A DNA stretch of 64,000 nucleotides from positions 1 to 64,000 of IMG/VR virus record IMGVR_UViG_3300012665_000817; one strand, written 5' to 3'. The DNA comes from a virus (taxonomy: Duplodnaviria; Caudoviricetes). The position numbers were made by a program, and so were the translations under genes. The notes below the pieces were generated by a model. It was not told where the DNA came from, ran no database searches, and saw only the letters and a list, made by a program, of their open reading frames with translations. Shown here piece by piece: positions 27,083-37,491 of the stretch; within the stretch, counting starts at the first letter, position 1, and each line of letters opens with the position of its first letter.

Positions 27083-27465
27083 ACCTCTGGCCCTATGTAA
27101 ATGGTAAAGCTTTGACTAACGGTATTAGATTAGAAGAATTGGAGATTTCTGACATGTTAGATGTACTGCATTACTACATGGAAGAAGACTACAATTTTTC
27201 TAACGCAGACCAAGTCGATGCTAAATCAAGACTTAGAAAAACAATTTATAGAACAATGTATAATAAAGACTATAAATTTGGAAATGAAACTGAAAAAGAC
27301 TTCTCGCTTCCTCAGGATTTTACTATTCAAGAAGAAGGGTCCACTCCTTCTCAGGAAGAAGATCCACTAAAAGGTCCTACGAAGTCTTATGTACGACCAA
27401 CAGAGTTTAATCCTGATTCAGCAAAACCATTTGGAAATCTTTTAGACGCTCCATTCGAGCTCTAA
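27016..27465 (+). CDS. tail assembly chaperone extension (T-like), probably expressed by -1 frameshift
   Basis: Overlaps the end of 26735..27082 in the -1 frame, has no convincing own start or SD, and lies immediately before the tape measure. Confidence 0.6.
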   Translation: MVGARVFKPPEPGARAICEWAIDLWPYVNGKALTNGIRLEELEISDMLDVLHYYMEEDYNFSNADQVDAKSRLRKTIYRTMYNKDYKFGNETEKDFSLPQDFTIQEEGSTPSQEEDPLKGPTKSYVRPTEFNPDSAKPFGNLLDAPFEL

Positions 27466-27493
27466 TCTAACTTAGTAACTAGGAGGTGATGGC

Positions 27494-30400
27494 ATGGCAG
27501 TTGTAGGTAGTGCAGAGATCTTTGTCCGTGCCGTCACATCTGGGTTTAAAGATGATGTAAAAAGAGGTTTAAGCGGGCTAGATAACCTTGGTGACGAACA
27601 AGGTTCTTCTTTAGGAAACTCGTTTTCTAGAGCATTTACCAGAAATGCTACTGGAAGCATTATGGATATGTTTAGTCAAGGATTTTCTCAGAGTCTTATG
27701 GACGCTAGAGAAGGTTTCAGAGCTCTAACAACACAAAGCTATGTAATGGGAGCTGCTCTCACAGCATTAGGTGGAACAGTTGGTGCTTTAGTTGGCGGTG
27801 TCGGTGTTCTCATTGGAATTGTTGGAGCTGCTAGTCCTGTCTTACTCGGTTTTGGAAACATATTAGGTGCTGTAGCAGTAGGTGCCTCTGTTTTAAAACA
27901 AGTATTTAAGGGTGTTGGCGAGGCAATTGGCAACCAGAGTAAGGGTGTTGATGCTGCTGGAGATGCAACAGAAAGATATAACGATGCTCTAGATGCACAG
28001 AATGATGCAACTTACGCATACAATCAACTTGTCAAAGATCAAGCAAGAGCTCTTAAAGATTTAGAGGAAAGAAGAAACCAAGCAGCTGATGCTGTAGCAG
28101 ATGCGACTATTGCTTCTGAAAGAGCAGAGCGTAACTACCAAGAATCAGTAAAAAACACTGAAAAAGCAATTCAAGATGTAACAAAAGCTCGTGAAGATGC
28201 TAAGGAAGCAATCCAACAACTTCGCTTCGAGCTTGAAGGCGGAGTTATTTCTGAAAAGAAAGCACGCCTTGAGTTTGAAAAGGCTCGTGACTCCCTACAG
28301 CGTGTTCAGGATCTTCCACCTAACTCTCGTGCTCGCCGTGAGGCTGAGCTTGCATTTGCTGAAGCAGATCTTAATCTTCGTAAAGCAATAGATAAAAATA
28401 ACGACCTACGCAAAACAACAGCTAAAGCAAACAAAGCTGGGGTAGATGGCAGTGCACAAGTAATAGCTGCTGAAGAAAAATTAAAGAAAGCAAAAGAGGC
28501 TCAAGGCGATGCAGAGATAAATGCTGCAAAGGCCGTAAGAGGTGTTGTAGAAGCCAAGAAAGCCCTTAAAGAAATTGATGACTCTCTTCTAGCTGGTTCC
28601 GAAAGAGAGCTTGCAAATACTAGAGCGCTAGAGCTAGCTGCTCGGGCAGAGCGTGAAGCTATAGAAGATACTGCTAGAGCTAAAAAAGCCCTAGATGTTG
28701 TTATGGGAACTCCTGCAATCGCAATGTCCCCCGCTGCTAAAGAGTTTGTTGATTACATTGTTGGTCTTAAAGATAGACTTGAAGAGCTAAGACTTAAGCT
28801 TCAAGAAGAGTTTTTTAGTAAGTTTACTCCAGCAGTTAAAACACTAGCAGAGACATATCTTCCTATATTGGAAAGAGTTCTTCCAATTATTGCATCAGCT
28901 TTAGGAGATGTTGCAGCAAAGATAGCAGAGGTGTTTAAAGATCCTAAGGTAATTGAAGCTGTAACAAAAGTCCTTGATGCAATGGCTCCTATCATTCTTG
29001 CCCTTGGTGGTGGAGCAGCAAATCTTGCTGGAGGATTTGCTATTCTTCTTGGAGCGTTTTCTCCTTTTGCTGTTGAGTTTGCTAAGTATGTAGAAAACCT
29101 TACTAAAGGTTGGCTAGAAACAATAAAAATTAAAGAAGCAACAGGCGAGCTAGATGCAGCATTTAAAACAGCATCAGATGTCATGTACTCTCTATTTGCA
29201 TCTATTGGAAACACCATCGGCGCAATCATGGGCGTTATCAAGGCTCTCTTTGTTGAGGGCGGTGCTGGTTGGTACTTCCTTGATTGGCTAGAGAAGGTAA
29301 CTCAGGGGTGGGAAGACTTTACTAAGCTAGGAAACGAAAACGGAACTTTACCTACCCTTCTCAAGGGGCTTACAGAGAACTTTACAAAGATTTTAGAAAT
29401 TATTGGTCTCATCATCGGGGACCTTATCCTTATGGGAGCTACAGAAGGATTTGGTAAGTTCTTAGATAGCGTAAAAATAGCTGCAGCAAACTTTGGGGAT
29501 ATTGGAATAGCAATTTCTGAAAACGCACTTCCAGCTGTAGGAAGATTTATTGAAAAGTTCTCGGAACTGGCAAAGATATTTGTTGACCCGCTACCTATTG
29601 CAATTTTCTTTGATACCTTAGCTATCGCTATAGGTGTTGTAGTTGCTATTTTTGACAATGAATTTATGAGAGCAATTCTTGCTGTAACAGGAGCTATGCT
29701 AGCTTTTGGAATAGCAATAGAGTTGACTACTAAATCAGTAACATTTTTTGGAAAAGCAGTTATTGCTAATGCCCTTATGGGGATAGATAAATTCTTATCA
29801 GTGCTTCCTGGTGGAGGAAGAATTCTCACCTTCTTCCGTTCTGGTCTTACTGCTACTAGAGGTGCACTTCTTGGACTACAGGGAGCTACCCTAGCTGCTG
29901 CTGCACCATTTTTAATTGTAGTAGCAGCTATAGCAGCTGTAATTGCTATCTTGGTTATAGCCTACAACAAGAGCGAGATTCTTAGAGAAGCACTAAAAGA
30001 TTTTGTAGATGGAGTTTTAGGTGCTCTCAAGGAGGGCTGGGATAAGATCAAACTAGCTCTTAAAGATGCCATGCCATTTATTGACGGTGTCACGGATGGG
30101 TTTAAGGCTTTAGGTGACTTCTTAGGTAAGTATATTGTCCCATTCTTCAAGGAAGTATTGATAATTGCAATTAACCTAGTGGTAGATGTAATTATTGGCT
30201 TGATTAAGGTAGTTAAGGGAATCTGGGACGCATTCACAACAGGAAACCCACTTGCTGTAATTAAAGCATTATTTGATGCAGTACTAGGTGTAATTAAAGG
30301 ATTCCTCACAAATATTGCAAAAGCTTTTGGTTTTAAACTCTCATGGGCTTGGCTAACTGATGGATTGGAAGATGCAGTCAACTTTATTGCAAAGGGAATA

Positions 30401-30760
30401 AATAAAGTATCTGAAACTCTTAATAAAGCAATTGACGGGTTTAATAAAATAAACCCGTTCAAAGATGTTCCAAAGATTCCTATGATTTCAGTTCCAATAA
30501 AGCTAGCAAAGGGTGGAATTGTCCCAGCTACATCGGGAGGAATGCTTGCAACAATTGGTGAAGCAGGTCGTCCAGAGCGTGTAGAGCCTTTGGACCCTAG
30601 CGGGCTATCTAAGCGTGACAGAGCTATGATTGAGATGCTTGCTGGACCTGCTGGAGGTATCAATATAACTATTAATCCTTCTCAGGGTATGGATGAGCGT
30701 GAGCTTGCTGCACTCGTATCTCGTCAACTTGCATTCCAACTTCGTAAAGGTGCTGCATAA
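27494..30760 (+). CDS. tape measure protein
   Basis: 1088 aa with MAVVGSAEIFVRA start, coiled-coil and amphipathic A/L/I/G-rich repeats, and C-terminal IP..A.GGIV...IGEAGRPE.V.PL motif. Confidence 0.9.
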   Translation: MAVVGSAEIFVRAVTSGFKDDVKRGLSGLDNLGDEQGSSLGNSFSRAFTRNATGSIMDMFSQGFSQSLMDAREGFRALTTQSYVMGAALTALGGTVGALVGGVGVLIGIVGAASPVLLGFGNILGAVAVGASVLKQVFKGVGEAIGNQSKGVDAAGDATERYNDALDAQNDATYAYNQLVKDQARALKDLEERRNQAADAVADATIASERAERNYQESVKNTEKAIQDVTKAREDAKEAIQQLRFELEGGVISEKKARLEFEKARDSLQRVQDLPPNSRARREAELAFAEADLNLRKAIDKNNDLRKTTAKANKAGVDGSAQVIAAEEKLKKAKEAQGDAEINAAKAVRGVVEAKKALKEIDDSLLAGSERELANTRALELAARAEREAIEDTARAKKALDVVMGTPAIAMSPAAKEFVDYIVGLKDRLEELRLKLQEEFFSKFTPAVKTLAETYLPILERVLPIIASALGDVAAKIAEVFKDPKVIEAVTKVLDAMAPIILALGGGAANLAGGFAILLGAFSPFAVEFAKYVENLTKGWLETIKIKEATGELDAAFKTASDVMYSLFASIGNTIGAIMGVIKALFVEGGAGWYFLDWLEKVTQGWEDFTKLGNENGTLPTLLKGLTENFTKILEIIGLIIGDLILMGATEGFGKFLDSVKIAAANFGDIGIAISENALPAVGRFIEKFSELAKIFVDPLPIAIFFDTLAIAIGVVVAIFDNEFMRAILAVTGAMLAFGIAIELTTKSVTFFGKAVIANALMGIDKFLSVLPGGGRILTFFRSGLTATRGALLGLQGATLAAAAPFLIVVAAIAAVIAILVIAYNKSEILREALKDFVDGVLGALKEGWDKIKLALKDAMPFIDGVTDGFKALGDFLGKYIVPFFKEVLIIAINLVVDVIIGLIKVVKGIWDAFTTGNPLAVIKALFDAVLGVIKGFLTNIAKAFGFKLSWAWLTDGLEDAVNFIAKGINKVSETLNKAIDGFNKINPFKDVPKIPMISVPIKLAKGGIVPATSGGMLATIGEAGRPERVEPLDPSGLSKRDRAMIEMLAGPAGGINITINPSQGMDERELAALVSRQLAFQLRKGAA

Positions 30761-33345
30761 TGTCAGAAGTTTATAATCAAGCACAGGAAAATAACTTTGT
30801 TGACCGTGGGTTAATCCCGCTTCCACAGCCTCACCTGACTGGTATGAAGCTCAAGGCAGATATTGTCCTTGGTGACTTTGTATTCAACACTATCGACGAA
30901 TACGGTGTTACTTGGGTTATCACTGACATCAGTGGTTGGTGGAACCATCCAGAACCAGATATGCCATCAATTCCTCGTGGTTTTGGAGATGGTGATTACG
31001 ATATTAAAGGAAGATACAACGCTCGAATATTGACACTCTCTGGATCTTTCCTAACTCCAACACCTGACTTGGTTGAGGCAGCCCGTGATCGTCTTATCGC
31101 TGCTACAGATCTTGTGTACAAGGGAGCATGGCTAAAAACAGGTGTTAATAATAAACGTGCTTCTTTTGTACGTCTTAGTGGTGCTCCTCAGATTCAAACA
31201 GTAACTGCAAGAGGAAAGACAGAGTTTTCTATTGGATTAAAAGCAGCAAACCCTCTTAAGTTCTCGTGGGATGACTCGGAGCCAGACGGATACGACATTA
31301 TTGAAATCCCTGCTGCAAACCGTGATACTGCTGCTACAGGTGTATTGTCTATTACCAATAATGGAAATGTAGACACCCCGATTGAGCTAGAGATAAATGG
31401 ACCGATTACTGGACCTGCTCGAGTCTACAATAAAACAACTGATAAGTTGCTATACATAGTTTCTTCACTAAGAGGAAGATTAAACTCTTCTATCGAGAAT
31501 AAACAAGTATCCTTTGATGTAGATACTCTAGAAGATATCGCAACACTCACGACAAGAACGAACCACGGTTTGCTTGTAGGAGACCTTGTAGAGATCAGTG
31601 GATTGTCAGAATCATATCTTAATGGAGATTTTACTGTCACTGCTGTCCCAACAAATACAACTTTTTCTTTTAGTTTGTTTCCCAATATCTCCTCTATTGA
31701 GAGCATCGTATCTAAAAAACTTTCAAACAACATTGCAACCATAACAACAAGAACAAACCATAATTTTGTAACTAACGACTCGATTACTGTTCAAGGTGTT
31801 GATACTGTCTTTAATGGTACCTATAGAATCACATCGACCCCTACAGCAACAAGTTTTACTTATGCAAAGAATAGAGTTCCACCTAGAGTTGTTACTGGAG
31901 CTATTTTAATTTCCAATATTGCAACTCTTACTACCAGCGAAGCTCATCAATTTATCGAGGGTGAGTCAGTAACTATTTCTGGTATAAATATTAACTATAA
32001 TGGAACATACATTATTACAAGTATTGACTCTCCTACAACATTTAGCTATGCACTTACAAGAACAAACAGTAAGGCAATAACCACGAAGCAAATGTCTTCT
32101 GACATTGCGTCGATCACTATGGGAGCAGAGCACGGATTTGTTGCTGGAGAAAATGTATCCATATCTGGACTAGATGACACTTTTGATGGAACTTATAAAA
32201 TACTTTCCGTTCCTACATCTACCTCATTTACATATAAAATTGAAAGATCTACTGTAAACACAGCTGCTATCAGATCTATATTCTCTGGAGTTGCAACAAT
32301 AACTTTAGCTTCTGACCATGGATTTAGTCTTGGAGAGCAAGTATTTGTATCTGACGTGGGTGCAAATTATGATGGAACATATACAATTACTCAGATACCT
32401 TCTAGTACAACTTTTAGCTACGCTAAAGCTGCAGCCGATGAAACAGCGATTTTAGTTACTACTGGAACAGTCATTCCAGTAAGAAGAGCTGTAGTTGCAC
32501 GACAGCTTATTGGAGGAGTTGCAACACTAACTACTTCTTCAGGTCACGGATTCCTTACTGGAGAAACAGTAACCGTTTCTTCTATGGGCACATCATTTGA
32601 TGGGTCATATGTAGTAACATCGGTACCAAGCACAAACACCTTTACATATAGTAAAGCTAGTGCAAACGTTGCCTATAGTATTGCTGGGGCTGGTATAACT
32701 TCTAGAGCGCAGTCTGGTACTACAGCAAGTGTTATTACAGCTAATGCTCATAATTTTACTAACGGACAGTATGTAACGATCAATAATATGGATTCTGCTG
32801 CATCTGCATTAAATGGAACATATATAGTTACCGTTACAGGTGCGACAACATTTACCTACACAGTTGGAACTTCTGCAACTATTGCAGCTGGTCCAGCAAG
32901 CGGTGCGACTCCATATGCAACTGGAGGATTTGCATTAGCTTCTAGATCTATACCATCTGCTGCTGATTCAGGTTCAGCAGTTGTATCTGGAAGTCTACCT
33001 TTCACAGCTATCAACGGTTCTGCATCAGTCTCTGCTGATATTTTAAGCGAAGTAGGCGGGGAGATTGAAAGCTCTGGAGTAGCTATTAGAAAGAACGAAG
33101 TTGTTTTTACTCCTGGTATTTCTGGAGCATCTGTGGATTTCGGACCAGATATTTTAGAAATAAACACCTTAACCAGAGATGTGTTTCTAAATGGAAGCTA
33201 CGAAAATGCAAGAGCAAAATTAGATGTACTAACTGATTTTTTCTTCTTACAACCAGGTAATAACGAAATAGAGTTTATTGATGAAAAGAACTCTGTAAGT
33301 AGATCTTTGCTTAGAGTTTATTATAGGTCTGCTTGGCTGGGATAA
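30760..33345 (+). CDS. distal tail (Dit-like) protein with seven inserted ~65-aa beta repeats
   Basis: Follows the tape measure. Dit-like N-terminal part (GWW..P...G.GD, NNGNV.TP..I.GP) and C-terminal FF.LQPGNN.I, with seven xAT.TT..HGF..G..V.I.G....NG.Y repeats inserted. Confidence 0.75.
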   Translation: MSEVYNQAQENNFVDRGLIPLPQPHLTGMKLKADIVLGDFVFNTIDEYGVTWVITDISGWWNHPEPDMPSIPRGFGDGDYDIKGRYNARILTLSGSFLTPTPDLVEAARDRLIAATDLVYKGAWLKTGVNNKRASFVRLSGAPQIQTVTARGKTEFSIGLKAANPLKFSWDDSEPDGYDIIEIPAANRDTAATGVLSITNNGNVDTPIELEINGPITGPARVYNKTTDKLLYIVSSLRGRLNSSIENKQVSFDVDTLEDIATLTTRTNHGLLVGDLVEISGLSESYLNGDFTVTAVPTNTTFSFSLFPNISSIESIVSKKLSNNIATITTRTNHNFVTNDSITVQGVDTVFNGTYRITSTPTATSFTYAKNRVPPRVVTGAILISNIATLTTSEAHQFIEGESVTISGININYNGTYIITSIDSPTTFSYALTRTNSKAITTKQMSSDIASITMGAEHGFVAGENVSISGLDDTFDGTYKILSVPTSTSFTYKIERSTVNTAAIRSIFSGVATITLASDHGFSLGEQVFVSDVGANYDGTYTITQIPSSTTFSYAKAAADETAILVTTGTVIPVRRAVVARQLIGGVATLTTSSGHGFLTGETVTVSSMGTSFDGSYVVTSVPSTNTFTYSKASANVAYSIAGAGITSRAQSGTTASVITANAHNFTNGQYVTINNMDSAASALNGTYIVTVTGATTFTYTVGTSATIAAGPASGATPYATGGFALASRSIPSAADSGSAVVSGSLPFTAINGSASVSADILSEVGGEIESSGVAIRKNEVVFTPGISGASVDFGPDILEINTLTRDVFLNGSYENARAKLDVLTDFFFLQPGNNEIEFIDEKNSVSRSLLRVYYRSAWLG

Positions 33346-33371
33346 AAAACATGAAAGAGAGACAATAGACA

Positions 33372-35456
33372 ATGGCATCGGTTACCTCATCTGACCCATC
33401 TGTAACAGATGTAAAGTACAGATACTTTTTAACAGACCTAGTAAGTAACTCTGTAATTGCAGAACTCCCATTTACTGGTGTCTCTTATCAAAGAGTCTTA
33501 AGAAAAGCAGGAACTTTTACTGGAAACATCCCACTAATTGCTGCAACTAGTAGATTAAATATCTACGATGCAACAATGCCAGGAAGAACTGGCGTATATG
33601 TCATGCGTAACGATGTATGTGTCTGGGGCGGAATTATTTGGGGTAGAAAATACGATCAAGCAAGCAAAACAGTAAGCATTGACGCATCAGAGTTTACAAG
33701 TTACTTTTATCATAGACATGTGTGGCAGACACTTCTTTATGGCTCTGATTTTATCGGGATATCTTCTTTTTCTATTACAAATAAAGTTGCAACAGTTATT
33801 ACTGAAGAGCCTATCAGCATCGATCCAACAAGATTTAGAGTTGGTAACTATGTAAAAATTACTTTTACGAATCCTGTAGTTGACGGTACTCATCAAATAG
33901 CTAGCATAACTTCTGCTAATAGTTTTACTTTTGCTGTTGACTACCCAAATGTTACATCGACAGCTGTAACCAGTGGTGCCGTAAGAAAACTAATCGACAC
34001 CTATGATTTTGTAAGAGACCTTATGTTTCAGCTCTCTACAGATATGTCTGGTCTAAACTTTGCAAATGATGTAATTGAGCCAGCAGCTATTCAAGAAGTA
34101 TCGATTATATCTAAAAAGAGAGATAACGGAAGAGTAGTTCTTGAGACCCTAGAAGAACACAGTTTGGTTCCCGGCCAAGAGTTTGAAATTATTCAAGTTG
34201 GTTCTGGCTTAGATGGCTACCATACTGTTACTGAAGTCCCTGATAATAATAATATAGTTTTTGAATTATCTGGTTCAAACATTTCAAAGGCGACTTTGTC
34301 TGGAATTAAAACTTTTTATGTGACTAAGAAAAAACTACAATCTAACGTTGCAACATTGACAACACACCTACCTCATGGTGCAGCTGTGGGACAAGTAGTT
34401 GTAGTTAACAATGTGGACTCCTTCTTTAGTCAGAGACTAGACGAAAATTTTAATGGTAGATATACAATAACTTCTACACCCACACCAACAACTTTTACAT
34501 ATGATCAGCCAAGCCCAGAGGGAAGATTTTACCCAGACATTGCAGAAGTTACAGTCTCTGGTGGAACTGTCACTCTAGGTAGTAAAGCAGTCTACGGAAC
34601 TTTTGGACCTTACACAAGCAACTCAGATCTAGGAATTACCGTTGGCTCAAATAAAACTAGCGGGCTATATCAAGATACACAGTATCTAAGAGGTTACGAG
34701 CTTAAAACTTTTGGTGAGATTTTAGAAGATTACTCCGACAACCTAGATGGTTTTGAATATCGTATTGATTGTGACTACGACTTCACTACCGCATCTTTTA
34801 CTAGGACTTTAGTTCTTATGAACATTGAAAACCCTAACGAGATTACGGTCAGCCCTGATATGTCGGATGCTGAAAGATTAGGGTTTAACAGTCTTGTCTT
34901 TGAGTATCCAGGTAGTATCTCTACTTTTACAGTAGAAGAAAGCGCTGAAGATGCTGCAACTAGATTTTTTGTAGAAGGCAACATTACAGATCTTTCTGAC
35001 GCTGCAAGCCAACCATATGCTGTGGCAGCAGATACATCTCTATTAAACAACTCTTTAGGAAAGAGCTGGCCTTTACTTGATCAAGTCGAAATGGTAAATA
35101 ACACTGCTGACGAAGATGTTTTATATTCTTATGCTCAGGAATATCTCTACGAATCAAAGCCCCCTATGGGAGACTTTAGTGTCAGGGTTAATGGATCTTT
35201 AAACCCTGTTGTCGGGACATATGTTCCCGGTCAGTGGTGTTCTTTGATTATTGATGATCCTTTTGTTCTTGCACGACTAGCTAGTGATCAAGAACCAAGA
35301 AGTGACATCATCGTGAGAAAAATTAATTCATATAAAGTATCTGTGCCAGATGCCCCTTCTTTCCCAGAAACAGTAGATCTTGAACTTATTACTGACTGGA
35401 AGGTTGATAAAGCTGGAGAAGTAGCTGGACTTAAAAAGACAACAGGAGGAAACTAA
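33372..35456 (+). CDS. minor tail / baseplate hub protein (ReqiPepy6 gp37-like) with three beta repeats
   Basis: YRYFLTDL....IAELP..GVSY...L..AGTF.G and CVWGGIIW.R.Y motifs, FEYPG.I, plus gene position. Confidence 0.7.
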   Translation: MASVTSSDPSVTDVKYRYFLTDLVSNSVIAELPFTGVSYQRVLRKAGTFTGNIPLIAATSRLNIYDATMPGRTGVYVMRNDVCVWGGIIWGRKYDQASKTVSIDASEFTSYFYHRHVWQTLLYGSDFIGISSFSITNKVATVITEEPISIDPTRFRVGNYVKITFTNPVVDGTHQIASITSANSFTFAVDYPNVTSTAVTSGAVRKLIDTYDFVRDLMFQLSTDMSGLNFANDVIEPAAIQEVSIISKKRDNGRVVLETLEEHSLVPGQEFEIIQVGSGLDGYHTVTEVPDNNNIVFELSGSNISKATLSGIKTFYVTKKKLQSNVATLTTHLPHGAAVGQVVVVNNVDSFFSQRLDENFNGRYTITSTPTPTTFTYDQPSPEGRFYPDIAEVTVSGGTVTLGSKAVYGTFGPYTSNSDLGITVGSNKTSGLYQDTQYLRGYELKTFGEILEDYSDNLDGFEYRIDCDYDFTTASFTRTLVLMNIENPNEITVSPDMSDAERLGFNSLVFEYPGSISTFTVEESAEDAATRFFVEGNITDLSDAASQPYAVAADTSLLNNSLGKSWPLLDQVEMVNNTADEDVLYSYAQEYLYESKPPMGDFSVRVNGSLNPVVGTYVPGQWCSLIIDDPFVLARLASDQEPRSDIIVRKINSYKVSVPDAPSFPETVDLELITDWKVDKAGEVAGLKKTTGGN

Positions 35457-35591
35457 ATGACCCTAAAAACACCAGATGAGTTTGATACACCGCAAGAGTA
35501 TGCTGACTATTTATCGCAGATTCAAGCAGAAAAGAATGCTCAAGCTGAGGCTCAAGTGGCAGCAGCAGCGATAGCTAGAGAGGAAAACTAA
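35457..35591 (+). CDS. small protein (44 aa)
   Basis: MTLKTPDEFDTPQEYADYLSQIQAEKNAQAEAQVAAAAIAREEN*. SD AGGAGG upstream; fills the gap exactly. Not in the ORF track. Confidence 0.6.
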   Translation: MTLKTPDEFDTPQEYADYLSQIQAEKNAQAEAQVAAAAIAREEN

Positions 35592-35593
35592 CC

Positions 35594-37099
35594 GTGGCAA
35601 CTCGTAGAAGATCTAGAAGAAAAAGTATTGCTGGAAATATCACGGATGTCCAAAAACGTCTTAGATATTTAGAAACCAGACCAGCACCTACACAGCTTGC
35701 TTCTAAGGTTGTCGTTTCAAAAAACATAGCACCTCGTGCTGTTGGACAAGAGCTGATTGCAGACTCAGCTGTCACAAGAAGGTCTCTAGTTGCAGGTGTT
35801 GTAGGTACCACTCAAATTGAAGCGAGCGCCATTACTCAGTCGTTACTGGCTACGGACTCGGTAGGTACTGCACAGATTATCCAAGACTCCGTCACAGCAA
35901 ATGAGATTGCACCAGGAACTATCACGGCCAATGAGATGGGAGCTAACTCTGTCGGTTCTACTCAAATTAGCAATGGCTCTGTAGGTACAGATGAGCTTGC
36001 AGGTGGGATTCCAGATTCAAAGATTGCTGGAATGTCTTCTTCTAAACTCATTGGAGATATAACTACAGATAAAATAGGTAATCTTCAAGTTACAGATGAA
36101 AAAATAGCTGGAATATCTGGATCTAAAATAATTGGTGGAGTTCAAGGGTCTCTTATCGTTGATAGAAGCATTACTGCCGTTAAAATAGGGACAGGTGTGA
36201 TCACCGACAATGAGCTCGGAGCTGACTGCGTAGGTTTTTCTGAGCTTAAAGATAACGCTATTTTTAATGACAACATCAATGCTGGTGTTGTCGTAGGAAG
36301 TTCTGGAACAGGTAAAGTAAATATTCAAAACTTTAGTATTGGATCAAATGATATCTTTACTGGAGCTATTACCAATGCCAAGATTGGGCAGAATGCTGTT
36401 ACTGATTACAATGTTTTAAACGTTTCTGCTGACAAAATAACCTCAGGAGTCCTTGCTACACAAAGAATTCCATCTATCACGAATGCCATGCTAGCTGGTG
36501 GAATCACAAACGGAAAAATTTCAAGCGTTGATGCTGGAACAATTATTACTGGCACTATAGGTATTAACCGACTTCCAGGAGAAGTTCTAACAAACGTAGC
36601 TGCTGGTACTGGTATATCAGTTACTGGAAGTGGTAGAAGTAGAACTGTTTCTTTTAACGGATCTGGATATGCCTTGTCTAACCACACCCATAGCCAGTAT
36701 GCATCCTCTGGTAGATACGATACTTCTTTTGCTGGTGGCCACGTTGGTCACGGAGGTCACACTCACTTTACAAATATCTCTTCTACTAGAAAACTTAAGA
36801 AAGAGATTTCTGACTACTCCATTGACCTAGATAAGCTATTTCTACTCCAACCAAAAAGATTTAAATATCGTAATCAAGCAAGAGATGCCAGTAAGAACCG
36901 CGAATGGGATTACGGGTATATTGCAGAAGAGGCTTTAGAGCTTGGAGTAGAAGAGATCGTTGGATATGATGAAAAAGGAGAAGTAGATAGCATCAATTAC
37001 GGTCTTCTTTCTGTTTTTGTCTTAGAGCTCGTCAAAAAACAACAAAATGAGATAAACTTACTCTCAGAAGAGATTAAGCGACTTAAGGAGAACAAATGA
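35594..37099 (+). CDS. tail fibre with C-terminal intramolecular chaperone (peptidase S74-like)
   Basis: ~10-aa ITxxKIxxxx repeats, a His-rich tip, then SSTRKLKKEI...LQPKRFKY...GYIAEE...INYG and a terminal coiled coil. Confidence 0.85.
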   Translation: MATRRRSRRKSIAGNITDVQKRLRYLETRPAPTQLASKVVVSKNIAPRAVGQELIADSAVTRRSLVAGVVGTTQIEASAITQSLLATDSVGTAQIIQDSVTANEIAPGTITANEMGANSVGSTQISNGSVGTDELAGGIPDSKIAGMSSSKLIGDITTDKIGNLQVTDEKIAGISGSKIIGGVQGSLIVDRSITAVKIGTGVITDNELGADCVGFSELKDNAIFNDNINAGVVVGSSGTGKVNIQNFSIGSNDIFTGAITNAKIGQNAVTDYNVLNVSADKITSGVLATQRIPSITNAMLAGGITNGKISSVDAGTIITGTIGINRLPGEVLTNVAAGTGISVTGSGRSRTVSFNGSGYALSNHTHSQYASSGRYDTSFAGGHVGHGGHTHFTNISSTRKLKKEISDYSIDLDKLFLLQPKRFKYRNQARDASKNREWDYGYIAEEALELGVEEIVGYDEKGEVDSINYGLLSVFVLELVKKQQNEINLLSEEIKRLKENK

Positions 37100-37482
37100 T
37101 TGTCTACGCAGCTCACTACGAGGTGGGTAAACCAGCTATGATTAAAAAGGTTATAGAAACCATAGATGAAACATTTGTAGAGACTGGTGTTAACTTTTAC
37201 AATCTTGAAGAGAGAGAGTTTTTAACAGACGAGATCATCGCTCAGCATCTTGAAAATCTACTTCTCTACTTTAAAGAAGTAGCTGCATCTTCTTCTATTA
37301 TTCCTACAGCAAGCCATCAAACAACACATATCGTCCCAGAATGGGCCGAACTAAATGATATTTTTCAAGAAATTGTTTCATGGTGGAATTTCCTAAGCTA
37401 CAGGCCAGAGACGGATGAGTCCGATCACTACCATGACCCGATCACAGGTGAGCACACAACAGCACCTTCAGAAGAAGGGTAA
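37096..37482 (+). CDS. hypothetical protein
   Basis: 128-aa ORF with ATGA coupling to the fibre gene. Confidence 0.6.
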   Translation: MIVYAAHYEVGKPAMIKKVIETIDETFVETGVNFYNLEEREFLTDEIIAQHLENLLLYFKEVAASSSIIPTASHQTTHIVPEWAELNDIFQEIVSWWNFLSYRPETDESDHYHDPITGEHTTAPSEEG

Positions 37483-37485
37483 ACT
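37480..37485 (+). promoter_or_regulatory. TANNNT -10 box, candidate leaderless promoter
   Basis: TAAACT 6 nt before ATG 37492 with no well-spaced SD, at the boundary between structural and replication modules. Confidence 0.4.
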
Positions 37486-37491
37486 TCTACA

